A stretch of DNA of 19,774 bases from Nitrospirota bacterium (GCA_963845245.1 CAWJRJ010000036.1:1-19774), one strand, 5' to 3'; counted from the stretch's first letter, positions 1 to 10,034 are shown. The notes: generated by a model not told the origin, from the letters alone. Program-made: numbers and translations.

Positions 1-1757
1 GCGGCTTTTCTAGGTCCGCCTTCACCTCATCTATAGTGCGGCCTGGTCTGGGGTCTCCTCGTACTCGAACGACGCCTCCATCTCGCGATAGAGATGGTCG
101 TCGGGGCTGAATGCAAAGCCGGGCGCGACGGAGCGTGCGGCGTAGAGTTCAAGGAGCTCCTTCGCGATCTCGGCACCGCCTTCTTCGCCCTCGCCTTTGC
201 CCGTTCCCAGCCCACACCGCCAAGCTTCTCAAGGGACGGCCCGGAGCCTTCGGCGCCGATGTATTTCTGCACCTTCACAAGCTCGTCCACAGGGACGTAG
301 AGCCTGTCCGCGCCGGCATACACCACTTCGAGGAAGTCCGCCTCGACGCCCATCAGTTTCAGCCGTTTCAAGCCCATGTAACGGCCGATACCGTGGTCCA
401 CGTGCACGACGTAGTCGCCTATGGACAGCTCCGAGAGCGAGGTAGGGACCCGCTCCACCTTCGCCCTCGGTGCCGGGCCATGCCTGGGCTTCTCGCCGAA
501 TATCTCGGTCGCGGTGATAAAGGCAATCTGCGGCTCATCCATCCAGGAAGCCGGACGTCAGCTCGCCTATGGTTATACGGGCAGTGCCTTCCGCCTGACC
601 GGGCTTCAAGCACCGGGCTGCCCTCTACCGCCGGCACGCCGTACTCCGCGAATATCTCACGGAGCCTCTCAGCCTGGCCCTTCGTGGGAGTCGCCACGTT
701 CACGGCACGGTCACGCGCAAGCTGCTTGGGTGCCGACGCAAGATGCAATGGGCGTCCTGGAAGTTGCTGCTCGGCCTGGGAACGACTTCTCGCGGAGGCC
801 TCCAAGGCTCTATGGAACGCGTACTCGAAACCAATCTTCATGCCCTGCATCCTCTACGAGAAGCCAACTCATCATCATGCGGCCAACGACTGGTCCATGC
901 TGCGCGCAGATACAGGCTGTGGCTGTTGCTGATGGGCGCAGCGCTGATGGAGTAGACCTCACCCTCGAAATCAAGTGCGAGCGAGTTCACCCTGTCCGGC
1001 TCGTCCACGACTACGACGGGCGGTTCTTTAAAATAACGTGTAAGGTCCGCCTCAAGCGCATTGTCTGCATCAGCCACCTCTTTCGCCGGTATTGCGGTAA
1101 ACTCCTCCACCGTCCCTGACGAGCGCTGGGTCTCGGGGTCGAACGAACGCATGGACTCCACGGCGTCGCCAAAGAACTCCACCCTTACAGGTTTCTCAAG
1201 GCCTGGCGGGAAGATATCCAGTATGCCGCCCCTGACAGAGAACTCGCCCGGTTCATAAACCGTCGCAGTATGGGCATAGCCGAGCTTCACCAGCTTGGCA
1301 AGGAGGGCTTCACGGTCATACTCCGCGCCGGATTGAATCTCAGCAGCGCCCCCTCCGCCCAGCAGCGTGTCCGGATTCGGCAGTTTCTGCATGAAGGCGT
1401 TCACCGGCACGAATGCTACACTTGCCCGGCCCGCCGCGATATCCCGAAGCGCCCGCAGACGCTTTGCCACGACAGCCTGGTCGGGGTCCATCACGTCATA
1501 TGGCAGCACATCCCAGGGCGGGAAGTAGACCGGCTGGGCCGAAGCTTCACCTTCGGCAAGGCCCACCGCAAAGTAGCAGAAATCCTTGTACAGGGCCTCC
1601 GACTCCTTGGGCGTCGGGGATACGACTACCACGGGCGCCTGCCGCACCTTTGCCAGCTCCCAAAGAAAAAGGGCCTTGGATGAGCCCCAAAGCCCGGTCA
1701 GGTTTATGCTACGCCTGCCGGCCCGGCATCAAGCAGGCTTGTGAATGTCTTTGTCAT
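1..1757 (-). CDS. mfd: Transcription-repair coupling factor Mfd, N-terminal part (runs off the window start; several frameshifts)
   Basis: UvrB-homology motifs FPPWDVLPYD, PGEFSVRGGILDIFP and PVRVEFFGDAVESMRSFDPETQRS; CarD-like RID LSIGDYVVHVDHGIGRY...LYVPVDEL..VQKYIG...LEKLGG..WERAK; then FEYEETPDQ. The ATG at 1757 is inferred from the mirror copy, which starts MTKTF at 18015. Confidence 0.95.
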
Positions 1758-3377
1758 AGCATTTCCTGCTGTACCTTTTCCAGGTTCCGCTTAAATGTCG
1801 TTTAGAGGGGTTCAAGCTGACTGCGATCTGGAAATGTTCTTTCGCCCTCTTCAAGTCGTTTTTCTTGACATAGACTATGCCGAGGTCATTATGGACGTCG
1901 GCATCGTCAGGCTTATCTTTTAAGAATTCCGAGAAAGCAGATATGGATTCGTCCACCTTACCCATATTGCTGTATGTCCTGCCAAGGTTCTTGTATGCAT
2001 TCTCATCGATCGGATAACCCTTGGGCGTCAAGGAATTCAGCCTCGGCCAACCCATATTGTCCCTTTTTCTCGTAGACCAAACCAAGGTTATCGTGCGCTG
2101 TGGCATTTTCGGGAGACTTCTAACCGTATCAGACCACAAACTGTAGTCATCCTTCCAGTCCGCATTCCTGAGTACGGTCCCGGCCGAGTACAGGGCAATC
2201 AGCGCTAGGAATACTGGTGACGGCGGCAATACGCCGCCTTCTTGAATCCCACAGCACGTGAGACAATCATCGACAGCAGACCACATTACAAACCCGACGG
2301 ACGGGAGATAAAGGTATCTCTCCGCCAACAAACTTGGACCGGTGATCGCGGGTGTAAGTAAAGACACGGTAGAAGCGGGACCAGCTATAGTCAACAGGCA
2401 GAAAAAGGCCAGCCTGTCCTTTCTAAAACAAAAATAATAAATGACAACGGCTAAGGCGATTATAAACAATGCAACCAGCATCCGCGTTTCAAGCAGAGAC
2501 GCAACAGGCCTGAACGAATAAAGGGGTTGCAAATTATAAGGCACAACGAGTTTATTTATATAGGTTTTAAGGATTATAAGAAGATCGTACAAACCGTACT
2601 CGCTTCGTCCGGTTCCCTGCGGGACCATGCTGCCACTAAGCGCAAAATACCTGATTCCCAAATATGCCGATGCGGCCAGGATAAAAGGGGTATACCTTTT
2701 AAAGAGAATTGACGAACCCGCCTTGTTTTTATTTAGCAGGAAGTCATAGGCTACCAACAGGACTACTATGGTCAGCGCCGGTTCCTTGCACAATGTACCG
2801 ATAAAAAAGGACAAAACGGAAATAAAATAATACCTGTTGAACCTGTTTTCGGATCTTATATAAAGGTACAATGCCAGCAGGCTAAAGAACGAATAGGAGA
2901 GGTCCGGGACGCCCCAGTAACCCAGGCAACGGCCTCTGCGTGTATCGGGTGCACTGCAAAAATTACTGCCGCCGCCAGCGGTATGGAGATGCCTTTTGAA
3001 TTATTGGCCTTATCATGAAGCAAAATTGTGGCAAGCAGAAAGACAAGGACGGAAGAGCAGACATGGAAAAGGACGCTGACCAGGTGGTATCCCCATGGCC
3101 GAAGGCCGGAAATGGCATAGCCCAGCATGTCGACGGATTCAGTCAACGGCCGGTAATAATTGCTGCCAGTAGGTTCTGGTTTAAACGCCCATACGCTGTT
3201 GGCGAAGATTTTGGGGAGGGACTTTATATCTCTGATCCAGGGGTTGCCAAGTACCTGGTCACTGTCGTCCCATACAAAACCGTTCCCAAGCGTGTTCAGA
3301 TATACAATGGCAGAAGTGGCTATGACTATAAGAATTTGGAACTTGTATTCTTTCCAAACATTTTTGGACGCTTCCAT
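1729..3377 (-). CDS. TMTC-like multi-pass membrane GT-C-fold glycosyltransferase with C-terminal TPR repeats (frameshifted near 2905 and 2118; exact stop uncertain)
   Basis: Motifs NGFVWDD, YYRPLT, FAVHPIHAEAVAW, LCKEPAL, AERYLYLPS and RNADWKDDYSLW, then TPR-like AYKNLGRTY and DVHNDLGIVY...AKEHFQIAVSLNP; many hydrophobic helices. ORF pieces 2856..3377 and 1729..2871. Confidence 0.8.
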
Positions 3378-3459
3378 TTATTACGCTCATTATCTCTGGC
3401 TATTCTATACATGCTATCTCATAGCCCGCACGGCTATACAGGCAGATTTTCCCGGCAGG

Positions 3460-4010
3460 TCAGAAGGTCTTGAAGTCCGGCATCTGGCCCATATTCATCA
3501 GGCCCATGAACGCGGCCATACCTACCATTACCACGGCTATGAGCGCTAGTATAATAAAGAAGACCAACGGGATAAGCACGACCGCGACGGCCTTGCCGGT
3601 GGATATCTGTGTATGCGCTCGGTGACGATCACCGCAACCGGTATGTTCCATAACGCCACTATCCCGCCAAGCACGGGGACGATCTGGGCCCAACCGGGCA
3701 GGCTCCCGATGCCGAGTGCGCTGTAGTGCGCCCTGTACGTTCCTGTGCCGCCAAAGAGTCTGGCCAGCAGGAAGAGTATCCCGGCCCAGATGAACGAGCC
3801 CAGCACATGCATCACGGGCATGAAAATCACCATGAAGAAACCGAACCCCAGCTTCGTCATGACGCTGCCGAGCCCTGCCGCCAGCCCGCCGATTGCAAAG
3901 AACAGCATCGCCATGCCGAAGGCGTCTTCCTGCTCCGCGACTTCGGACGCCGCGTCACGGTTCAGCTTTACGATCTCTACGCCTTTTGAAAGGTATTCTT
4001 TAAAAGTCAT
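3460..4010 (-). CDS. YIP1-family-like membrane protein (one frameshift near 3605)
   Basis: ORF pieces 3546..4010 and 3460..3693 join into a protein with about 5 TM helices containing LLARLFGGTGTY, VPVLGGIVALW and H.xSTGKAVAVVLIP, typical of prokaryotic Yip1 domains. GGAGG RBS lies just upstream. Confidence 0.7.
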
Positions 4011-4028
4011 TGCGGCCTCCCATCGTCA

Positions 4029-4511
4029 TTAACGCCCGTACCGCTCAAGTATCCGCTCTACGATATTCGTAGTGGACGAACCCTCGATGTACGGGATGGA
4101 GTAAACCTTCCCGCCGTTGGCCTCCACGATGTCCCGCCCTATGATATTGTCGATCTCCCAGTCGCCGCCCTTCACCAGCACGTCCGGCATCAGTTCGGCG
4201 ATTATGTGGTGCGGGTCGTCCTCGTCGAACGTGGTGACGTAGTCCACCATGGAAAGCGCCGCAAGCACCTCGGCCCGCTCTTCCTGCGGCATGATCGGCC
4301 TCTTCGGCCCTTTTATCCGGTTAACCGAGTCGTCCGAGTTTATCGCGACGATGAGCACGTCGCCGTACTTCCTGGCGAGCGAGAGGTAGCGCACGTGGCC
4401 GGTATGTATGATGTCGAAGCAGCCGTTGGTGAATACGGTCTTCTTGCCCGCGCTGTGCAGGTCCTCGACAATCTCGCGTAGCTCGTCGTGGTTCTTTACT
4501 TTAGTCTTCAA
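4029..4511 (-). CDS. rfaE2: D-glycero-beta-D-manno-heptose 1-phosphate adenylyltransferase (RfaE domain II / HldC)
   Basis: [46 protein letters not shown] and [15 protein letters not shown] start at 4511 is chosen from the upstream GAGGTG. Intact frame. Confidence 0.95.
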   Translation of the reverse strand: MKTKVKNHDELREIVEDLHSAGKKTVFTNGCFDIIHTGHVRYLSLARKYGDVLIVAINSDDSVNRIKGPKRPIMPQEERAEVLAALSMVDYVTTFDEDDPHHIIAELMPDVLVKGGDWEIDNIIGRDIVEANGGKVYSIPYIEGSSTTNIVERILERYGR

Positions 4512-4593
4512 ATCAACACCTCGGGAAAAGAATCGAACGTCCCGCCTTCTTTCATAAAGAAGGCGGCCCAAGAAATTTTGCTACTTTAAACAA

Positions 4594-5544
4594 CTATGGC
4601 TTGGAAAGTTCTTCTAAAACTGCTGCCGCCAAAAGCGGGAACATTATCTCGTGGTGGCCGGTGAGCGCGTAGCCCTTGCCGCCCTTCATCGTCGGACGCC
4701 TGACCACGTTCGTGTTCGGGCGGTAGCCCTGCATGAAGTCCATGTTGACCGTGGTGATCTTCTCAAGCGGGCTGCCGAGGTTCCGGGCAAGCGTGACGGC
4801 CTTCAGGAAGACCTCCGGCATTAGCACCGCGGAGCCGAGGTTTATGTATACGCCGCCCTCCATCGAGGCCACGACTCCGGCGAACAGCCTGAAGTCGCGC
4901 ATCGAGCCCTCGCCTATCGCCGCGCCGTCCGCGGACGGGTGCATATGCACGATGTCCGTGCCGACCGCCACGTGCACGGTGGCAGGGACGCCCAGCCGGT
5001 ATGCGGCCGCAAGCAGGCTCTTCTCCGGGTATTTTACGCCGCCTCCGGCAATCGCCCTGCCCGACCGCTGCTCCAATTCCCAGCCCGTCTGAAACGCCCT
5101 CGAATTTATCGCCTCGTTTACCAGCCGGCCGGTCTCCTCGGCCATCCCGAAGCTGCCGGTCCCTATCTCGGCGTCCACGTCCTCCGAGGTGCGGCCCTGG
5201 TACGCCATCTCGAAGTCGTGCACGATGCCCGCGCCGTTCATGGCGATGGCGGATATTATCCCCCGCTCCATCAGGTCGATCACGACCGGCGTCAGCCCGA
5301 CCTTAATGACATGCGCGCCCATACCGAGGACGACGGTGCGGCCGGCCCTTTTTGACGCCGCAATGGCAGCACGCCACCTGCCGGAAGGAGTCGGCCGCTA
5401 GTATCCTCGGCAGGCTGTCGAGGAAGTCCGTAAAACTGCCGCCCGGCACATACGGCTTGCCGGCGAACTCGCGTCCACCTTGCTCAGGCGCCCTGTCAGG
5501 CTGTACGTCTTTATCTTGGAGGTGTCTATCGGCTTGAAGGCCAC
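4594..5544 (-). CDS. Uncharacterised deoxyhypusine-synthase-like fold protein (frameshifts at about 5340-5470)
   Basis: N-terminus (V)AFKPIDTSKIKTYSL..RLSKV at 5544; main ORF 4594..5322 with MGAHVIKVGL, AMNGAGIVHDFE, TSEDV, HVAVGTDIVHMHP, GGVYINLGSAVLMPEVFLKA and GHHEIMFPLL. The fold call comes from recalled similarity, not from a search. Confidence 0.65.
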
Positions 5545-5548
5545 GTTG

Positions 5549-6143
5549 TCAGCCCTTCCCGCGCCCGTTGCCGAACAGGAACTCGTCCACAAGCTGGCAT
5601 ATGGTGTGGCCCAGCGTAATGTGCACTTCCTGTATGCGCGGCGTCTCGGCGGAAGGCACCACGAAGGCGTAGTCGGCCATCGAGGCGAGCTTCCCGCCCT
5701 TGTTCTTGTTGCCTGTGAATGCGACCGTCCTTATACCCATGTCCTTGGCGGCGGCAAATGCCTTTATCGCGTTAGGCGAGCTGCCGGAGGTGGATATGCC
5801 TATGGCGACGTCGCCCTCGTGGCCCGAGCGCCTTCAGTTGCTTAGCGAATATCTCGGAGTAGTCGTAGTCGTTCGATATGCTGGTGATTACCGCCATGTC
5901 CGTGTTCAGCGCGATGGCGGGGAGCGGCGGCCGCTCCAGTATGAAGCGGTTCACGAACTCCGCGGCTATGTGCGAAGAGTCCGTCGCGCTCCCGCCGTTT
6001 CCGAACAGGATGAGCTTGTTGCCCCTCGTGAAGCTGCCCGCGATAAGCTCCACCACCTCCTGCACCTGCTCCGCATATTCCTTGGCAAACCTCTGCTGAA
6101 GTTTTGCGGATTCCTCGAAAATCCTTATTATCTCGTCTTTCAT
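5549..6143 (-). CDS. gmhA: Phosphoheptose (sedoheptulose-7-phosphate) isomerase GmhA (frameshift near 5820)
   Basis: GNGGSATDSSHIAAEFVNRF..ERPPLPAIAL.TD, ISNDYDYSEIFAKQ, GISTSGSSPN and TPRIQEVHITLGHTIC. ATG at 6143 with GAGGGG upstream. Confidence 0.95.
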
Positions 6144-6178
6144 CGCACCCCTCGGCTGTCTGTGTCCAATAACCTGAA

Positions 6179-6208
6179 ATTTTAACCCGCCCAAAGCTCG
6201 TTTGTCAA
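6179..6208 (-). promoter_or_regulatory. Putative sigma70 promoter for the gmhA operon
   Basis: Minus strand: TTGACA (6208..6203), 18-nt spacer, TAAAAT (6184..6179), ending 35 nt upstream of the gmhA ATG. Confidence 0.7.
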
Positions 6209-6230
6209 CAGCGAAACTTTAATTTTTATC

Positions 6231-6259
6231 TTGATTTAGGAGGTGTGGGGCTATAGACT
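6231..6259 (+). promoter_or_regulatory. Putative sigma70 promoter for the S4-domain gene and downstream run, divergent from the gmhA promoter
   Basis: TTGATT (6231..6236), 17-nt spacer, TAGACT (6254..6259); ATG at 6279. Confidence 0.5.
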
Positions 6260-6278
6260 TTCTATATACGGGGGTATT

Positions 6279-6551
6279 ATGAGGCTGGACGTTTTCCTGA
6301 AGACAAGCAGGCTGATTAAAAGGCGCACCCTTGCGAAGGAATACTGCGACGAGGGCTGGGTGCTTGTGGGAGGCGTGCCGGCAAAACCGGGACGCGAGCT
6401 GAAGGAGGGCGACCGCATAACCCTGGACCTGCCACGCCGAAGGCTTGTCGCCGAGGTGGTTGCCATTCCCAAGGGGAACGTACCCAAGGAGCGGGCGGTG
6501 GAGCTCTACCGTGTTTTAGAGGACCTGGCTAAAAAAGAGGAGCTGTTTTAA
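6279..6551 (+). CDS. S4-domain RNA-binding protein (YabO/RqcP / Hsp15-like)
   Basis: MRLDVFLKTSRLIKRRTLAKEYCDEG.V.V.G..AKPGRELKEGDRITL; 90 aa, intact. Confidence 0.9.
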   Translation: MRLDVFLKTSRLIKRRTLAKEYCDEGWVLVGGVPAKPGRELKEGDRITLDLPRRRLVAEVVAIPKGNVPKERAVELYRVLEDLAKKEELF

Positions 6552-6574
6552 TAATCTAAATAACTAGGAGACGC

Positions 6575-7364
6575 GTGAGAAAATACAAAATATACCATCC
6601 TTTTTTTTCTATCTTTTTACAAAGATGACCTTTACCAGGACGTTGCGAGGGCGTGAAGGGTACGGCTTTTTTATATTTGCTTTTGCTATTAGCCATAGTA
6701 TGGATACCTGAAACTATACAGATAATCTTTACTACTGACAGTGCTGTTAAAAGTATGGCACCTTTAGTTGAACAGGTCCCAAACCTAAAAATAACAAATG
6801 GAGTAGTAACCATTGACAAGCCAACACCTTATGTAATTAAGGACCACAGTGGTAAAGAAATAATAAGAATAGACCCGTCGGCTCCGACCGAAATAGAAGG
6901 GCCAGCGCTTAAAGTCCTAATTACACACAATAAAATACTATTAAAAAATAGTGAGCGGGAGACCAGAATGTACGATCTGTCGACCGTAAAGGATTTTAAA
7001 CTCGACAAGGCATTAGTTTATAAAATTCTGGATATGTTCAATAAATTCTTTGCGGTAGTCTTTTACCCCATCGCAGTACTCTCATCCTTTATTTATAGGA
7101 TGATACAGGCTGTAATATACGCATTAATTGGTATACTTATTGCCAAACACCTGAAAGTTGAACTTAATTATCAGGCGTTGGTGCGCCTTGCGGTAATCTC
7201 GATAACGCCTGTTCTAATTCTGAGTACCATACTCAGCGTTGCAGGCGCAAAAGTACCCCTCTTGGGACTCATATGTTTTGTAATTGCGATGGCTTACATG
7301 TATTTCGGCATAAAAGCGGCGTCAAATAAAATTAACACAATATTGGCGGTTGAAAATGAACTGA
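6575..7364 (+). CDS. DUF1189-like membrane protein (5' frameshift; stop position uncertain)
   Basis: AGGAG then GTG at 6575 ([14 protein letters not shown]...[17 protein letters not shown]), a soluble loop ([10 protein letters not shown]), then TM helices with [18 protein letters not shown]-rich compared with neighbours. A TGA at 7362..7364 overlaps the pdxA ATG but is out of frame as written. Confidence 0.65.
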
Positions 7365-8380
7365 TGAAAAACAAGCCTGTCATCGCAATTACCATGGGAG
7401 ACCCCGGCGGGGTCGGCCCCGAGATAATACTGAAGACGGTCGGCATGAAGGCCGTCCTGGACGTCTGCCGTCCGGTTATCATCGGTGACCTGAAGGTGCT
7501 GGACGAGGCGATGACGCCGCTTGCCATGAGCAGGCGCCAAAAATTAGGGCCATTTCCAGCCCTGACGAGGACACCGGGGATGCGGTAGGCGTGATAGACC
7601 TTGACAACGTGGACCTTTCAGAGCTTACCCCGGGGCGGGCGGGCGCATACGCGGGGCGGGCGGTTGTCGAATACATACGGAAGGCCGTGGAGCTGGCCAG
7701 CCAGGGTGACGTGGCGGCAATAACCACGGCGCCTATCAACAAGGAAACCCTGAAGATGGCCGGATATGGCTGGCCTGGCCATACCGAGCTTCTGGCGGAG
7801 CTTACCGGGACGTCCGATTTCGGTATGATGTTGGCAGGCGGCGGGCTGCGTGTTATAATTGCTACGATACACTGCGCGCTTAAGGATGTGCCGGGACTGA
7901 TCTCAAAAGACGGGGTGCTTCGCACCATAAGGCTTGCCGCACGTGCCTGCCGCGAGCTTGGCATAGATGGAGCCCAGGATCGTGGTGGCCGGGCTCAACC
8001 CGCACGCAGGCGAAGCGGGCATCTTTGGTGACGAGGAGATAGTCCATATATCCCCGGCCTGCGAGCAGGCGCGGGCCGAGGGGTTCGACGTGACAGGGCC
8101 GTTGCCGCCTGATACGCTCTTTTACAAGGCAAAACGGGGCGATTTCGATATTGTTGTGGCGATGTACCACGACCAGGGCCTCATCCCGCTTAAGATGCTG
8201 GCCTTCGGGAGCGCGGTTAACGTCACGATCGGCCTTCCGATAATACGGACGTCCGTTGACCACGGGACGGCATACGACATAGCGGGCCAGGGCATCGCCG
8301 ACCCGGCAAGCCTTATTGAGGCATTACGGATGGCGGCGCTGATGGCGGAAAAAAAGAATATCGATAAAGGAGGAGTTTGA
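7364..8380 (+). CDS. pdxA: 4-hydroxythreonine-4-phosphate dehydrogenase PdxA family (frameshifts near 7545 and 7968)
   Basis: [57 protein letters not shown] and [19 protein letters not shown]. Confidence 0.95.
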
Positions 8381-8381
8381 A

Positions 8382-8801
8382 ATGGCTGTTGCGTGGACCG
8401 AAGACCTGGCAACGGGTATAGAGGTTATCGACAACCAGCACAAGGAGCTGTTCCGGAGGATAGACGGCCTGCTTGAGGCCTGCAATTCCGGCAAGGGCAG
8501 GGAAGCGGTGGCGGGCGTGCTGGTGTTTCTTGAGAACTATGTGGTTGAGCATTTCGCCGCAGAGGAGAAGATACAGCGCGACAATCTATACCCGGAATAC
8601 GGCAACCACAGGGCCATGCACGCAGCCTTCATGGAAGACGTCGCAAAACTCAAGCAACAGTTTGAGGACGAGGGACCGTCCCTCGCCATGGTCATGGTAA
8701 CCAACCGCAAGGTAGTGGACTGGCTGGTGCACCACATAAAGAAAGCCGACAAGGCGCTTGGCAACTACCTTAAATCAAAAGGGTTCAAGGGAGGCGTCTG
8801 A
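8382..8801 (+). CDS. Bacteriohemerythrin 1 (single domain, 139 aa)
   Basis: W...LATGIEVIDNQHKELF, EHFAAEE (HxxxE), HRAMH (HxxxH) and WLVHHIKKAD (HxxxxD) give the complete di-iron ligand set. RBS AAGGAGG lies inside the pdxA 3' end. Confidence 0.95.
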   Translation: MAVAWTEDLATGIEVIDNQHKELFRRIDGLLEACNSGKGREAVAGVLVFLENYVVEHFAAEEKIQRDNLYPEYGNHRAMHAAFMEDVAKLKQQFEDEGPSLAMVMVTNRKVVDWLVHHIKKADKALGNYLKSKGFKGGV

Positions 8802-8841
8802 GGCCGTATGGTGAACATGATAAACGAGGAGGTAGTGCACA

Positions 8842-9265
8842 ATGGGTGTTGAATGGACTGAGGACCTGGCGACCGGCATAGAGGCGATCGACCAACCAGC
8901 ACAAGGAGATATTCAGGAGGATAGACGGGCTGACTCGATAGCCTGCAGGTCCGGCAAGGGCAAGGACTCCGTCGCCAGCGTACTGTCATTCCTCGAGAAG
9001 CTACGTGGTGGAGCATTTCGCCGCGGAGGAGAAGATACAGCGCGACTATATATACCCCGGTTATAAAGACCACAAGGCGATGCACGACGCCTTCATGACG
9101 GACGTGGCGGAACTCAAGCAACAGTTTGCCGAGAAAGGCCCATCCCTTACAATGGTATTGGCCACAAACAAGACAGTGGTAGACTGGCTTATCCACCATA
9201 TAATGAAGGTGGACAAGGAGCTTGGAAAATACCTAAGGACGTCAGGGTACGAGGGACAGGCTTGA
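8842..9265 (+). CDS. Bacteriohemerythrin 2 (tandem paralogue; frameshifts at about 8895-9000)
   Basis: MGVEWTEDLATGIEAID.QHKEIF, VEHFAAEEKIQ, HKAMHDAF and WLIHHIMKVD; RBS GAGGAGGT. Confidence 0.9.
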
Positions 9266-9281
9266 AAAAGGAGAAACGGAT

Positions 9282-9668
9282 TTGAGCTACCATTTTACAA
9301 AGACCATAAACGCATCTTTCGACGAAGCCGTAAGCAGGGTAACCGAAGAGCTTAAGAAGGAAGGCTTCGGCGTCCTGACCGACATCGACGTCAAGGCCAC
9401 GCTAAAGAAGAAGCTGGACGTCGAGTTCAGGAACTATCGCATACTCGGGGCATGCAACCCGCCGTTCGCCTATGAGGCCCTCCAGAAAGAGGACAAGATA
9501 GGCACGATGCTCCCCTGCAACGTCATCGTACAGGAGAAGGAACCGGGCGTCTGCGAGGTGTCGGCGATCGACCCGGTAGCCTCGATGATGGCGGTGGAGA
9601 ACTCCGCCCTGGGCGGCGTTGCGACACAGGTGCAGGCGAAGCTAAAAAAAGTCATCGAGAGCCTGTAG
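9282..9668 (+). CDS. DUF302 domain protein
   Basis: [48 protein letters not shown] and VSAIDP. TTG start with AAGGAG; intact. Confidence 0.92.
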   Translation: MSYHFTKTINASFDEAVSRVTEELKKEGFGVLTDIDVKATLKKKLDVEFRNYRILGACNPPFAYEALQKEDKIGTMLPCNVIVQEKEPGVCEVSAIDPVASMMAVENSALGGVATQVQAKLKKVIESL

Positions 9669-9674
9669 GCCGCC

Positions 9675-10034
9675 ATGTTCATACGCGACCTCAAGGACTG
9701 TGACGAATTCATCGCCGGGGACAACACCCGACTCCGCGAGCTTTTCAACCCCCTGAAAGACCCGCTTGAGCTTCGGTACAGCCTCGCACACGCACGGCTT
9801 GCGCCGGGGCTTGAATCCACACCGCATAAATTAAAGACCTCAGAGGTATACTATATATTAGAGGGTTCGGGCGAGATGCGGATAGACGGCGAGGTGCGCA
9901 ATGTCGGGCCCGGGCAGGCGATATACATCCCGCCGCACGCCGTGCAGAACATAAAGAATATCGGCAAAGACGAGCTGGTGTTCATCTGCATGGTGGACCC
10001 GGCCTGGAGGCCGGAAGACGAGGAGGTTCTTTAA
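9675..10034 (+). CDS. Cupin domain protein (Cupin_2 / mannose-6-phosphate-isomerase-like)
   Basis: STPHKLKTSEVYYILEGSGEM.IDGE...VGPGQAIYIPPHAVQNIKN.G...LVFIC; 119 aa, intact. Confidence 0.9.
   Translation: MFIRDLKDCDEFIAGDNTRLRELFNPLKDPLELRYSLAHARLAPGLESTPHKLKTSEVYYILEGSGEMRIDGEVRNVGPGQAIYIPPHAVQNIKNIGKDELVFICMVDPAWRPEDEEVL

Noticed and set aside
111..1805. Long plus-strand ORFs opposite mfd, and similar ones such as 14012..14881, 18174..19220 and 4733..5355
   Set aside because: They are antisense shadows of GC-rich genes with no recognisable motifs or RBS.
6653..7588. Apparent DUF1189-PdxA fusion protein (311 aa ORF)
   Set aside because: A TGATG stop/start overlap sits at 7362..7366 one frame off, the mirror copy has a stop between the genes, and indels are common in this sequence. 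An indel error is more likely than a fusion.
5772..9066. Programmed frameshifting or phase variation in gmhA, pdxA and hemerythrin 2
   Set aside because: There are no consistent slippery or simple-repeat tracts at the breaks, and the breaks differ between mirrored copies where a comparison is possible.
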